Source: Chiloscyllium plagiosum (Eukaryota). From it: a DNA stretch of 64,000 nucleotides. The position numbers were made by a program, and so were the translations under genes. How positions within the stretch are numbered: the first letter of the stretch is position 1; the number at the start of each line of letters is the position of its first letter. The notes beneath the pieces were generated by a model. That model searched no databases. It saw only the letters and a program-made list of their open reading frames with translations, and was not told where the DNA came from. Below, one piece after another: positions 24,905-39,530 of the stretch. The DNA is taken from the NCBI RefSeq assembly GCF_004010195.1, contig NC_057719.1, positions 44,309,054-44,373,053 on the forward strand, given 5' to 3'.

Positions 24905-25862
24905 CCCGACTACACAGCAGGTACTCGTGTGACATGGCCAACGTTGTCTATCTTATACACTGCAGGCAAGGATGCCCTGGGGCATGGTACATTGGCAAGA
25001 CTAAGCAGACTCTACGACAATGGACACCCAGCAAAATTGCCAGACAGGGATGTTCCGTCCCAGTTGGGGAACACTTCAGCGGGCAGGGATATCTAGCATC
25101 CGTTCTTTGGGTGACCGTCCTGCAAGGTGGACTTTGGGATATGCAGTAAACGCAGAGTAGCCGAGCAGAGGCTGATGCCAAATTTGGTAGCCATGAGTGT
25201 GGCCTTAACCAGGACCTTGCGTTCATGCCACACTACAGGTGGTCCCACTACACTTTACACTCATACACACACACACACTCCTTCATGCTCACACATTCAT
25301 GCAGACCTTCTCTCATACATATAGACCCCACACCTTCTCTCATGCGTATACCCACTCACAGGCTTAGACTCCATTACACTCACACACACTCATGTAGACC
25401 CTCTCTCATGCATATGCTGTCTCTCAGACAAGGGCATATACATCCCACATCCTCTCACAGGCTTATACTCTGTCACAATCATGCGCACACACACTCACAC
25501 ATAAATCGATAGGGTGAATTAGCATTTGCAGAATTGTATTTGCAGATAAATCCTTTGTTTTGAAAAAGCACACACTCCGCAGGCAATCAATCCATGTGAC
25601 ATTTTATAAATTCCTACTTTGGAAATAGAACCAGTCTGACTCAAGATTGGCATACGACAGACTCTAAACTTACATCTTTAATGCATTGTCTGAGCTGAGA
25701 TGTCACCTTTTTATATATAAAACCTTAAGTTATCTCAGGAATGTGGCTTAAAAGAAGTTCTAGAATTTACATATGAATGAATCATTACCTTCAACCCATT
25801 CTAAAAGATGAAAGACTAAACAGCAATCTAGGTTTGCTCAATATAAGGTATCAGTTGCAAGA
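24905..25862 (+). mobile_element. Penelope-like element: GIY-YIG endonuclease relic plus 3' region
   Basis: NVVYLIHCRQGCPGAWYIGKTKQTLRQ, VGEHFS, RRVAEQRL, GLNQDLAFMPHY, then a CA-rich UTR. Lies between CR1 5' and 3' pieces. Confidence 0.85.
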
Positions 25863-26002
25863 CGTTTGGATAAGTTCATGAATAGTAAAGGTTTGGAGAA
25901 GTATGGGCCAAGCACAGGCAGGTGGGACTAGTTTAGTTTGTGAATATGGTGGGCATAGACTGGTTGGACCGAAGGGTTGTTTCCATGTTGTATGACACTA
26001 TC
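25863..26002 (+). mobile_element. CR1 3' terminus
   Basis: Typical TTGGATAAGTTCATGAATAG...TGTATGACACTAT end. Confidence 0.75.
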
Positions 26003-29000
26003 TAAATGCAAACATCATGTAAACTACCCATATATCACAATCCAAGGAAGGGTATATTTTGCTGATCAATACAAATAACTTTAAATGAATTAGTGCAAGC
26101 AACAAGTTGTACAATTGTATCTTAGCATGTTCTGATTGTGGTCACACGTTGTAGGATTTATAGCAGACATATATTTGGTTAAAGTAGCTAGCTTCTACTC
26201 ACAGATTTCCATTTACTAATTTTTTTATTGTTATTCTTTTTCTCATCTATATGCTCCAGGTTCATAGTGTAATCCATTTTCCACAAAGTAGACACATTGT
26301 GTTCAATCTTAGATTTTTTGGCTAAGGCCAAGTTGGGCAAGTTTTTTGGAAGGTTTGTCGCTGTAAGGACTAGCAAGTTCACTCATTGTATATTGCTGTA
26401 CTCACCTCATTAATAACTTACCACCCCATAGCATCTCTCAGGTCTGATTTCACCCCATCTTACCATGCACTGTTCCAAGATCAACTCGCCACTCAGCAGA
26501 TATCTCAGAAGTCTGGCATGCCATGCAGCTGCACCATCTTTAAAAAACTGCTGTGCACCTGGATAAACATTGTCAGTCTGTAGCTGCATTGTATGGTTCT
26601 TGACATTTGTCCCAGATATGAAAGACAGGAAGAAATCAGGATTTGTGGGCAGGATTCAGGTGGTCCTACTGGATGGAATGATACACACGCAGGACTTCCA
26701 CTTCCCCCTGAATGAGCAACAAGCCAGCGAGTTTGAGATTGAGACCCAGGTTAAAGCAATCTCAGGCACCTGGAGAAATGCCAAGTACAATAGGAGTAAG
26801 CTCAATGTCCTTCTCCAGTCTGCTAATGTAATTTCCACCACCTTTTCTCCGATACCTCATGCTCACTCTAGCTCTGCTGCTGTAACCCACCTCCCACAAA
26901 GGCTCATATTTCACCTTGCTTTCTGTTGTCTGCAATATCTTCCCTTCTCACTCACCCTAACTCCTAACACTAATGATCCTGCATAGCCTTTGCACTGTCT
27001 ACTCATTTTCTCAGGACAGCTTTCCACCTCCATTAATAGTAATCACTGTGTCACCCACTTCCAACTTCTGTAATACCTGCTTCTGTCATTCCAGGATTGC
27101 ACCCACAACACAGCAGAAAGAGTCAAGATGGGTGGTCTGCTTCTCATTCTTCAACTCCTCACCCCATTTGAGAAAAGGATCCTGATACTGACTACCTGAA
27201 GCAGGGCCTGGATTGATGTTCGAAGCTGCCTTTAACTTACTGTGTGGAATACACTGAGCGAAGCCTATTTTTGTTTCTTATATGCAAAGTACTCTTACAC
27301 ACAAGTGACCACTTTTTTTTCCATTACCAAATCCCTAAGTGAAATCTATCCCCTTGATTTAACTGAGATTGACTGATAACTGTGATAAGATTCCTAGCTT
27401 TCTGTCTGTGCTAAACGGCACAGCAAAGCAGCAGTAATGAGAGTTTGGTATCTGTGGCTGAGGGGTCGATGTACAAAAAAAAGCAATGCAAGGCACGGAT
27501 GCCTTGAGAATTGATATAGGCTCAGAATGGGTAGGTTCTAAGAAGGCCCAGTCCAGTCCATGAGCTGGAAAGTATCCCTGAGCACAAAGTGTCCTTGCTG
27601 TAGCATTACAACGATAGTTGCTAATGCAGCTCAAGGTGTGTCATTGAATATTCTGCTAGTGGATCGAAGATGTAAAATCAGTGCTCTTAGAGGCTGTCAC
27701 ATCAGATGCCAATGATTGTGCTCATGGAGTGTGTGTGGTCAATGTGCATGGAATGTGTCCTCAGATGTTGGTGCTCTGTGTCCAACATGGAGGTTATTTG
27801 GAGCCAGCGGTGAGCCAAGTCTGACAGGTACTCACTGGTTCCCTTGTGAAGCTTTTCCAATGTTGAGCTTATTTGGCAAGTTTGGGAGGATGGGAGGTTG
27901 AAAATTAATGGGGTGAGTTGAGCTTTGTAAAACAATAATCAATGTCAATTGGCAAAGCTCCACTGCCTAGTCAGAATCTCATCTTGCTGTTTGTGAAAAG
28001 CAAAAAAGATGGCACAAGTCGGTCCTGAAGTTCAGATGGGCCTCACTGCACTTTGTCACTCGTTTCTGTCAAGCATCTTGCCAAAGTCTATGTTGTTCAG
28101 ACCCCATTAGAGCCTGTCCATGAATTAACTCTGAATTATTGAAGTTTGTTCAAGTTTAGCCCAACCAACTTTTGGAAAAGAAGACTCTTTAAGTGTACAA
28201 AAATATGACTTTTTTAAAACTTTATGTACCTTACATCCAAAATCCAGTTATGCAATTTAAATGGAATGGCACAATAACTTATAAAAGTTTATTAGAACAG
28301 CAAACATTAGCAATTTCATCATTATCCACAACAGTAAGCAACATAATCAGCTTGCTGTACGGTCATGGGCTCCATATTACAATATACTACAAATCTAACA
28401 AGCTTGATGAGCACTATATTGGCCACCAATATCATCACTGTGAAAAGTGGGAAATTTGTGGTCCAGCCACTTCAAACTGCTGAATTAGACTGACGTTGCT
28501 CAGCAAAAGTATCAATGAACTTTAGTGATGATCTTAAATGAATCAAAATAAATGTAATTAGCAAATAAATTAAGTCAAAATTTCAGAATTTGGCAAAGTT
28601 GAACAAATATAACATTCAAAATTATATTGAACACTAAAGTTTCACATATTTTCAGTTTCTTTTAGTTAGCACAGTTTTAATGAAGTGATGCTATGACCTC
28701 ATGTATTGATTTTAAATTCCTGCCCTCCTACAAATAGCTCAAGATTGGCACGTCAAGGATTTTAGCAACTAAACTCATCACCATTTTGTCTATAAAGTCT
28801 TTTAAGACAGATAAAAATTAACTACTTAAAATTGTATCATGCAGCATGCATATGTCATCAACACTTTGATACAAGACTGATTATAATCAAAGTTAAGGTT
28901 CTGAAGGTTAAACACAGTGTTGCATTGTCCTTTTAAATTGATACCTAGTTGTTTGAATTACCAACAAGTCGACCTGCACCTTTAAAGACTCACTTACTAA

Positions 29001-32000
29001 CACTGTATCGGTAATGATTTGGAATTTCCTGAGCAGATGAGTTGAGTATTTCTTTTAAAAGAAGATGCAATGCAAATCAGCCACTATTATTCATACAAAG
29101 TTATAAAGGAAATTTAGGCTTGTAATTAACCAGGAGAGTGAGCATGAATGAAGCTTGGTATCATTTGAACCCTGAGATTAGAATATTTGAAAAAGGCATT
29201 GTCAAAGCAAAATGGTGTAGGACATATAACGTTTTCATTGTCAGATGTCTTCTCAATGACAATAAGAAACTGATTAAGTTTAAAGTCTGAAAACAACATT
29301 GTAAACTTTGTACTATAGCAGATAGTGTACACTTCTACTACATTGCTGTTAGTGGCCAATCTTATAGAGTATGCCATAAAATAGTAATATGAAAAAATGC
29401 TGTTTCGGAAACTAGGCCTTTCTGAAAGTTTCTCATCAAACCGCCATCATTTTCACAGTCTATCTTTATTACAGCACTTATTCACCCTGTGAGCAGTGTG
29501 ATGACAGGCTGTAAGTCACAATGAATCATAGCTAGATTAGTTACATTGGTGTGGATCCTCACAAAAGCTATAGCTTAGATGGACAAATGAGGGATCTGTC
29601 CCTTATGTCTGGTGCCTTTGAAATATTGGACAGAATCATATTCTTTTGATAAGTACAAGCCACATTGCATTTGATGGAGCAAGACTAGCCATGAGACCTA
29701 GTGAGTTTTCTTGCTGTACCTTTACCAAACTCACCACGTTAATTTCTGACCCAATGGCAGGTATTACCTTATATCTCTGTCCCATCCTATCATACCCCAT
29801 TCCCAGAAGAACGCACTACTCACTGAACATCCATCATAAGACAAGCATTCCTTATGGCTGTGTTGTCTTTAAGTACCCACAGTGCATCTGAAATAGTAGT
29901 AGTATTAAAATACAGACATTTGCTCGGTGGTCAGTGTGCTGCACCAAGCACTGCCTCTAACCATTGGCTGTGGTGCCTTATGCCTTTTTATGTTACAGCT
30001 GCAACTAGAGTTGAGTACAGTAGCCAAGACCATCATCTCCCCTGGAGGAGATCACCTTATGGCTGGGGGAAGAAACTGTTCAGGTTGTGGAGGAAACATT
30101 GGCAAGGCTGCCCACTGCTCACCTCTAACAACCACCCCCACCATCAGCAGCAACATCGCATAGGTGAACAGAATGTGGGTTGGGGAACTGCTAAAGACCT
30201 CACAGCTACAGTTGCACAGATGGGTGAGGGAGAAACACCCCAGGCCACTGACATTCAAGGAGTACTGACAACTAGGCACCTGCTCATCCCATGGCAGGAG
30301 GAGATGCTGTGGTCCTGTCGATGAGAAACTTCATGGACATGTTCAGAAATAATCAAAATTGGGAAGCATGTGTTCAGGAAGTTTTGGAGGTGCTATTGCT
30401 CCTACGGAGAAAAAGGACTGACTGTGATCATTCACTGAATCATAATTTGCAAAACCAACCCAGTCCAATGCCTGTCTGTGGTGATGATTGGGACTGGTGT
30501 GGAAAGTTGCGATTAACTAACTGTTGCTAACATCCCTGACTGATGGGTGCCCTTACAGAACTGAGTGCAGACCACTGTCCAAAAACCTTCGGGCATGTGC
30601 CAGTGCTTGCTGCAGTTGCCCCGAGTTTGGTGTAAGTGCTGCTGCCACGTGGTATAGATAGTAGCCTGATGTTGCTCACTGACATTCGCGATGTAGTAGA
30701 TGCCCTTTAATGAGCACTGCTTACAGCATGGTGACCTGTCTGGTTATGTGTCAAGGCATGGCATCACAACACATGGCAGGCTAAGGGCTCCATGCTATGG
30801 GCATGTTTGCAGGCACCAGGTGAATGTGCGCTGAGAGACTGTCAACCTGGCGTCTCTCCCTTAGTGGCTACTGTGTACTTCAGGTTGCCAGTCATGCACT
30901 GCTTCACACGTGTTGGATTGTAGGATGCAATGCAAGGGCACTTCATTGATGCCAGGATAGTTCAATGGCTCCCTGAAAGTTGGGTGCTACTGCCATTGGT
31001 GAAAGGGTGCAAGTGGCTGCTGCTCGTGGGTTACGCCCTGTACTGCAGTTTGACTGTGGGTAACGTGAAAGTCATTTGGAGTATGTAGCATGTTAAACAC
31101 TCTAGGTACCCACTTGGATTTCTCTGTTGAGTTTTCCTGGCAGCTAGTTTGTGTTGCTTATTTGGTAAGATTGCAACCTGTGGCAAGTTGACCTGTTAGC
31201 AAGCAATAAAGAGCATTAATCAGGAACAATCTTTCCAAATTCTTGTGCGAGAATCCCACCATATCATCTGAGCAAAGCAGGGAAGTTGACTTAAGATGAT
31301 ATTAAAATTGAGACAACAATCTCGCCTGTCTGCCACACATCTCACGACAGCCCATACCTTCAGTTGCTTATTAAATTCTATCTGTTGTTTTAATTTGGCA
31401 AAGGCAGTTTCTTATTAGGTTGGTAAATTATTTGTACTTTGTTCTTTTTTCTCAAGGCCTAATTATTGTGACTATTAGGATTCATACAATGAAAGAAAGT
31501 AGTGTTTTAAGTGGTGCTTTTAATTTTATGAATTGTCCCAAGGCACTTTAGAAATAGTCATAATAAATATAGATGTGCACTTAGGGAGAAAGTAATTTGT
31601 ATGGGTATTAAACTTTCTCAAAACTCATTTACATTTTTAAAAGGATTGACCTAGGAAAGGGTTAAAAAAAAACCACATTATGCCTGTTATTTCTGCTATT
31701 GCTTGTACAGATGGTTAGAGTTGGAAGAATAGATTATTGAAGATGGAAGAAATTAGAGATAGGAAGAATAAGGCTATGAAGGGCTTTATAAATAAGGATA
31801 AGTATTTTAAATAAATTGTATGGAACCATAGAGCCAATGTAAAATAGCATGAATGAGGTTGACAACATCATGGTGGGAAGAATTGACCTAGCTTTAGATG
31901 CCTTGAAGAACATTGCACCCTCCAGACAAAGGGCCAAGAAATATTAAAACTCTGGAGGTACACAAATATTTTATATTCGGAAGGAAGCTGAGGTAGGAAT

Positions 32001-35000
32001 GGAATAGTTAGTTGGGCCAATATTGGAGAGGTGAAAGTAAGTGTGTGTGATTGGTTGTAAGAATACAGAAAGATGGTTAAAGATCAGCTCAAATCAAACG
32101 ATGTCAAAAATATTAATGCCCTGGTTCAGTTCTAGCACAAAGCCAGAAATTGTAAAAGAATTATGACCTAAAAATGTAGTTCAATGTAACGCACCAAAAA
32201 TAATGGCCTTTCTCTCCCTCAAGTTGAACTAGAAGAAGGGGACTCAACAATCAATCTAGTAGCACTGGCATTCAGAGTCAAGAAAAGTAGCAGAGGTAGA
32301 AACTTCTCCTCAGCCTGGCAAGACTGAACTGTAACATTTTAGGCTACCTTATTAAGCAATCATTGATGAGGAATCCTTTCCTTACCCAACTTCTCTCCAA
32401 ACTGTACAGGTTGAATTTTGGTTACCAGCTTACATTTGAAATTAGTTGTGAATACACCACAACCAAATTAAATCTTGTATTCCAAGGTGTAGTCTAATTA
32501 ATGCCTCAGTGTAACCTTCATTTTTGTTGTGTCCAATATTCAAAGAATTTCCAATTGTGATTCCTTTGCTCACAATATAATCTGTGCTCTGTTTAAAATG
32601 TAATGTTAATTCTTTTGTTAATGGACATGAAAGTGTAGACGCTGGGAGAATGCTTCCTCTGACTTGTGTCAAATTAGGGTGTCACAGTTTCAAAATAATG
32701 AGCTGGCCATTCAGGATTGAAGTTTGGAGAAATTTATTCACTCAAGGAGGTGTGAATCTTTATTATTCTGTATCTCAGAGCTGTGAATACTTAATCATTG
32801 AGTATATTCAAAGCAGAAATCAAAAGAAATTTGAATACTAAGTGAATCAAGGAATATGGAATAGTGTAGAAAATTAGAATTGAGGTATATGATCAGCTCT
32901 AAGTTTACTGTGTGGCAGATAGGCCAAAAGAAGTACTCCTGCTTGTATTTTTTACATGCAAAAATTTTATGTCATGTACTTTATTCATATCATAATCTGT
33001 TCAATGAGACAGATCTCAGTGGAAATAATATTTTTGATAAAAATACTAATTGTATGTTTATCCACAAAAATATACCAAAGCGTTTGACTCAAGGGAATCG
33101 CAGCTTGGTCCAAAATTCTAATTTTTAAAAAAATGATTTCAAGTTTGATTTGTTTTTCCAGGAGCAACTCTTAAAATTACGTCAAAAATAATAAGTAAGC
33201 AGTAAAGTCAAAAACCTGGCAACTAATTTCCACTGATCAGATATTCTATTTGATCCTAATTTATGTCAGAAATTAAAATTTCTCAGTTACTTGTTGGAAC
33301 TGTTAAATATGGCAGAGATTGCAGCATATGACTTAAGGGAAAAGACATTTCAAATGTTTGATTTAAAAGTTTGTAATTGTATTCAAAGCATGAGCATTCC
33401 TGAAGACTAATGACTTCCCATTTTATTGTGGAACTGGTTTAAAACAAATATCCAAAACAAGTGGGATACAGTATCTTGCATAAAATTTAATTAATTCTAA
33501 ATCCCAAATAAAAACATGCCTGCATACCTATTTACAAGTTTAATTTGCATTAACTGAGCCGAGAACATAAGTGCTACAATTTTCCAAAAAAGAATGAAAA
33601 ACAGGAAGCAAAAAAGAAAGAACTTAAGGAAGAGGGACACATGAAATTTAAATACAGAGTGAATGCAAAAAATTTTGTATTTTAAGTGGAAGACTAAACA
33701 GAGACAATCTAACCAGAATGGTACAATTTACAGGTCAGAAGAGTGGATGTTTATTAACAAAACCTTGAAAGTAGCAGGACAAGTTAATCAAGCACACAAT
33801 ATTCTGGGCTTGATAGGTAGAGGTAGAGGGCACAAAAACCAGTTCATGCTAACTTTATAAATTACTGCTTAGGCTTCAACTGAATTATTGGCTCCAATTT
33901 GCTTTTCTAGGTTGGGAGCACAGAGACAGGAACATTCCTCGCTCCACAAACTCAACCTTTAAAAATGGTGGCCTGCAATTTTCATTTTGGTGCACAGTGG
34001 TGGCCTGCTCTCCTTTTTCATCATTGGATGAATGTGAAAGCACTTCTCATTCAGAGGTAGCAAGTCTGACCAAGACCTCATCCTCACTTATTTGGATCTT
34101 CCACTCCACCATGTCATGCCGCATGCAGCATACAACAGTTATTTATGAACTGTTACAGCAGCATGTACTTCTGAGTGAGTATTTCTGAGCACCCAAGTCT
34201 CATTTTTTACAATGCCAATCGTCACTGTATCCTGTTTGTGGTGAAACTGCTGCTGTTCAGTTGCACTTTGCATTGGATTGTGGATTTCTAAAGGCTGTCA
34301 TCAGGCAAGATCTTTGTCCCCTCAAAACTAATCCTGATGTGCATTAGTTACTGAATTATATGAGGGACTTGAGAATTCATTCATATAAAGTAGTCATGGT
34401 AGCATGCATAAAGTGAACAAATACATTATTGTGATAACAGGGCCTTTATTGCAAAACGAGTGTAAATCAATAACATTCTGCAGCTGGGGGAGAGCTATAC
34501 TCAGACAAAACCTGTGGATCTCGGACTTTGAATGTCCAAAAAGAAATTAACGTACTACGTGATATGAGCAAACAGGGTTTACATAATATCCTTTGTGCTG
34601 CTGAGTGGGAAATAATAGCCAGATCATCTGATATGCTCTGGAAAGAGTCTATAGCACAGAAATGTATTGAGACGGTTAGCTTTACAGTCACTGTCAAGGT
34701 ATGGTGGTCAGAGGAGTGTGGTTCCATTTGGTGCTATACTATGTGATAATCTCTCTCAACTCTATTCAAACCTCCTGTGGCATGGGTTTTCCATCAGATT
34801 AAAATAGGATATTATACCTGTAGACTCTCTCCACAGGATAAAACTTGATTCGCCATCATTCTCCTAGTTCTTGGTGCTGATGGTGCAAACCCTCCTGATC
34901 TTCGGCCCTCTTTCTTCACTCCAACTACTCATAGTTAATTATTGAACTGGCCTGTATGTGAGACACAAGCCATACATATGTTCTATGCTCTCTTGTATGA

Positions 35001-35944
35001 AGTTCAATATGCCCTTCAAAAGGAAGAATATTTTCTTTGCACCTGGGTGCAACTGTTACGTAGGGACAAAAAATAATTGCCTTGGCAGACCATCCCAGCC
35101 TCACTCTTCATTCATTAGGTCACAATAATAGTGTGATTCAAGTTACTGACTTTCCTGATCAGTTAGTGCAAGTACCTCTATGGAATGCTCCAAAGTATAC
35201 GGTGGCTATCCAAAGGGAATCCACTGAAACAGACCTGCTCTGGTTTGTTCTGCACAGACCTGCTCTGGTTAGGTTTGACACAGCAGGGAAACCAAAACCT
35301 AGCTTAAGTGGAACAGGTTGAGTATTTAACTGTTCAGCAGTTTCCAGGAACTGTGGCATATCTGCCAAAATAAGAAGTGATCAGTTCTGGGGCAGGATTC
35401 TGATTAGCTGCAATCTCTTAACACTAAGGACAGGGTCTCTGATGCAGTGAAAATTTGGCTCATTATATCCAATTCTAGGTGTCATATTTTAAAACATAGG
35501 TTAAGACCATGGGAGGGCAAATATGCAGCTTTAGCAGATTGATAGGGATAACGGATTTCAGTGACGTAGAGAAACCAGAGATACTGGGATTATTTTCCTT
35601 ACAACAATTAAGGTTAAGGAGAGATTCAGTAACTGCTCAAAACTGTGAGAAATTTTAATATAAAACAATAGGGAGAAAACATTTCCTCTAGCTGCAATGT
35701 CTGTAAACAAAGGGCATTGATTTAGGATAACTGGTGAAAAAAATGCTGGCAGAGATCGAATACATTACCTCAAAAATAGATAACAGCACCTTTCAAAAGG
35801 GAATGATATATACTTGAAAAATCAAATATCTGCAGAGTTATGCATAGGCTCAATGGGCTAGAAAGCCTCCTGTTGTGCATTTCAATTCTATAATCTATCA
35901 TATCATTTTCCTATCAGGTAGGGTATCAGGCTTCATAATGGGCA

Positions 35945-35950
35945 TTTATT
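35945..35950 (-). promoter_or_regulatory. Candidate TRIM9 polyadenylation signal
   Basis: First AATAAA I found on the minus strand after the stop codon (about 1.2 kb of AT-rich 3'UTR). Confidence 0.4.
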
Positions 35951-37156
35951 TTGTTACACAAAACTATATTCAGATTTAAATAAAATGAAGCACGAAGAAA
36001 ACATTAAAAACTTTTAACTAATTGGTCAAGCAACAGAAAATCTACAAAGATTTTCAAAAATTCTTTGTAAGAATGTTGTGCTTCCAATAACATTTTCTTA
36101 ATCGCAAATTAAAACAATTCTTAAATCCTTATATCTCTTTCTAAATAATAACCTATTGTTCAATTTTTATCATAAATGTGCGTAAACTATGTTAAAATTT
36201 GAACTGTGTAAATCCTTCCAAAACTATTCTACCATACAACCAAAGAAACACATTCACATTTTTGGTTCGATATCAGATACTGCACATACATAGACAAATG
36301 CTGAATCAGTTATCTCACTAGTTTTGAGAATGCCTTGAAACTTCCCCAATTGCTTTTATAAAAGCACGAGATTTATCATCTGAGTCTAGGATTTTGTCAG
36401 CACAGACCTAATGGGCTAAACGGCCTTCTGCTCTGCTGTAAAGACTCTACAACATGTGTTGTAACACATCCCCACTCTTCTTTAGCTTTCATTAAGCCAG
36501 CATAGTGCCCAATATTTATACAGTCATTGAAACAAGATTAAACAGTACCTGACTGAGTATTTCCTAATTCTTGGGTGTTCCAGGTATGTTACTTATTGTA
36601 ATCTTTCCCTTTCAATGTCTGAACAGGAATCTTATCAGTTTAGTGAAGATGTGCAGATTACTTTTGGTAATTCAAATAGCTGATTTGGAATGGTGTTGAA
36701 TATAGATTCAAAGGCAACAGGAAAGAATAAATCCTGGAGGTTAATAGCAACTGTGAATACCTTGCAATGTAATTGATTAGAAATATAGCACTTTCTACAA
36801 TTACACTGCACTGCAGTTTTTCTTTCTGCGGCAGCTAAACCTGTATGCACGACAATTTTAGTAGCATAAAAAATAAATCAGTAAACAGAAAATATGCTTG
36901 ACATTAAATTACATTTCAGGCTGCATTGATACTTTTACAATTTTAGTTAGCACGAAGCGTCAAAACAAACACAAATGTTCTGATATCATGACTGTAGAAA
37001 CTTCAACTATTTTTGGTATTCCTCCAGTCATTAAGCACCAACTAGCAAACTTGTATCAAGAGATGTTGAATCTTTTAAGAATCTTAGCAGCAGGCAGGGA
37101 TTCCTGTCACTTGGATCCCAAAAGACAATACAGCAGGTTTTGTAGAATGACCTGGA

Positions 37157-37258
37157 TTAAGATGCTGTTGGGTCTCTTGCTGTAGCACAAGCAGCAGCAG
37201 CGGCGGCAGCAGCAGCAGGAGGTGTTTGAGGAATTTCCAAACCAGTGTGGAGTGTCAC
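37157..37258 (-). CDS. TRIM9: TRIM9 terminal coding exon
   Basis: Acceptor CTCTCTATAG|GTG; VTLHTGLEIPQTPPAAAAAAAAACATARDPTAS*; phase 0 matches the previous exon. Confidence 0.9.
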   Translation of the reverse strand: MTLHTGLEIPQTPPAAAAAAAAACATARDPTAS

Positions 37259-37425
37259 CTATAGAGAGGTCGAGAATATAACTGATGAAAAATAACTATT
37301 TTTCAGTTATTTCTAAGAACCAATTAACACTCAGTGCATCTTCAGTGACACTCAAATTTAGAAAAAAGGTAAATAAATTTGCACATCCCTATAATTCCTT
37401 ATACTTGATTCCTCATTCAACATTG

Positions 37426-37513
37426 CTGAAAATGTGTTGCTGAAAAAGTGCAGCAGGTCAGGCAGCATCCAAGAAGCAGGAGAATCGACATTTCGGGCAT
37501 GAGCCCTTCTTCA
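37426..37513 (-). mobile_element. Short hammerhead-bearing repeat, family A
   Basis: Minus strand reads TGAAGA-A-GGGC tcat GCCC-GAAA-TG-TC plus the family tail. Confidence 0.75.
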
Positions 37514-38115
37514 CGTATGCAAACTTGCCCAGCTATTGGAATTTCATGAACTATACATAATATTTCTCCACAGTGCCTCACTCCCACAATAGGTTTCTGG
37601 TAACTAGATTAAAGGGTCTTTCTGCTTGTGGTGCTACCTCAACTGAGTTTGTCTGGCTTTTGTTTGTGTGATCATAGCTCAAACCAACTATTGCAGGAAA
37701 TGTAACTGGTTGTCTTCAAGTTTAAACAGAGTTTATTTACTGTAGAGAATAGGTAGCTCCTGCTGGGGAGAACAATTACACACACTTCTGTGTCATTCTC
37801 TCTCCATTTGTCTGTGTGTCTGTAACCTATTTCCAGTTCCAACCTGCTCAGTTAGCTGAGAACCAAATCAGGTGCATTTGTTGAGAAAGTCTTAATTCCT
37901 CATTGGTTGCATATTGTAGGAACCTCTTGCTACAAAACCATAGTTCACAATCGATATCCTTGCTGACAAATTATGAAGCCTGTGTAGTAAATCTAATTTT
38001 TTTAAACTGTTTTTTTCTCATTACAATCCAGTTACTAATGACAAAAATTTAAAAACTTGATTCTTACAAAAGACTCACTTTCGAACTGCACAATAAAAAT
38101 GACATTATTTGGTCA

Positions 38116-38287
38116 CAGTCAAAAATCACAGAACACCAGGTTATAGTCCAACGGGTTTAAGACTAAAATCTGATGAAGGAGCAGCGCTCCGAAAGTTAGT
38201 ATTTTCAAATAAACCTGTTCGACTATAACTTGGTGTTGTGAGATTTTTGACCTTGTCCAACCCAGTCCAGCACCGGCACCTCCACAT
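38116..38287 (+). mobile_element. Inverted-repeat mini-element with near-intact hammerhead core, family B
   Basis: CTGATGA (38170-38176)-A-GGAGC agc GCTCC-GAAA-GT-TA; perfect 13-bp TSD CATTATTTGGTCA (38103-38115 / 38288-38300). Confidence 0.85.
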
Positions 38288-38339
38288 CATTATTTGGTCA
38301 TGACACAGAGAGAATAAAAAAGAATTCAGATTCAAATTA

Positions 38340-38630
<291 letters not shown>

Positions 38631-38859
38631 TCATTTGTTACATGTATAAAATAATAATCTTAATGTTACAATTTCACATTTTACAGACTACTGTATTTGC
38701 CAAACCAGGACCTTTGCTCCATAAGCCTTCAACTCCTTTGAGTTCACTTGATCAGCAAAACTTTTTATTAATTTTTCTCTTATGTACTTGACCAGAATCC
38801 ACTAAAAAAGTATTCCACTGCCAAATTGGTCCATCTTCACTTGAAGGAAGCACTTTGTT

Positions 38860-39530
38860 TTCAAGGGATATGGGTGTTGCTGACAAGGCCAGCGTTTGTT
38901 GCACATCTCGAATTACCCCTGAACTTAGTAGCTTGCAAGGCATTTCAGAACCTAGTTAAGGGTCAACCACATTGTATTAAGTCTGTAGTTACATGTAGGC
39001 CAGAATGGGTCTGGGTATTTTCTTGCCTTAAGGACATCAGTAAACCAGATAGGTTTTTAGTAATAATCAATACCAGCTTAATGAACACTATAACTAGTCT
39101 AGGTTTGCAATTCTAGATTTTTTTCTAATTTCAAATTCCACCAGCTGTCAAGCTAGAATCATAGAATCCTTACAGTGTTGAAGCAGGCCATTCAGCCCAT
39201 CAAATCCATACTGACCCTCTAAAGAGCATCTCAACCAGACACATCCTCCTACCCTATCTCTGTAACTCCCTATTTCCCATAGCCAATCCACATAACCTGA
39301 ACATTTTTGGACTGACAGAGGAAACCAGAGCACCTGGAGGAAACCCACACAGACATGGCCAGAATGTGCAACTCAACATAGTTGCCTGAAGAATCAAACC
39401 CAAGCTCCTGGTGCTATCAGGCATCAGTGCTAACCACTGAGCCATTGTGCCACTCCAGCTAGGATTTGACCCCATTTCCTCAGAACATTTGTAGGTCAAC
39501 TTGATTATTAGTCCAGCAACATCAATATTA
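38860..39530 (-). mobile_element. tRNA-derived SINE with a nested HE1-type SINE (about 39156-39452)
   Basis: Reverse complement of the same two families nested at 51240-51948. The inner element has A/B-box-like motifs and a CR1-like GATTCTATGATTCT tail. Confidence 0.7.

Noticed and set aside
29854..31400. 156-aa ORF and GC-richer block, possibly a transposase relic
   Set aside because: No recognisable domain or DDE motif could be reconstructed.
36635..36850. ORF starting MHTGLAAAE, resembling the TRIM9 LHTGL motif
   Set aside because: Lies in the 3'UTR. The true last exon, with acceptor and correct phase, is 37157-37258, so this is chance similarity.
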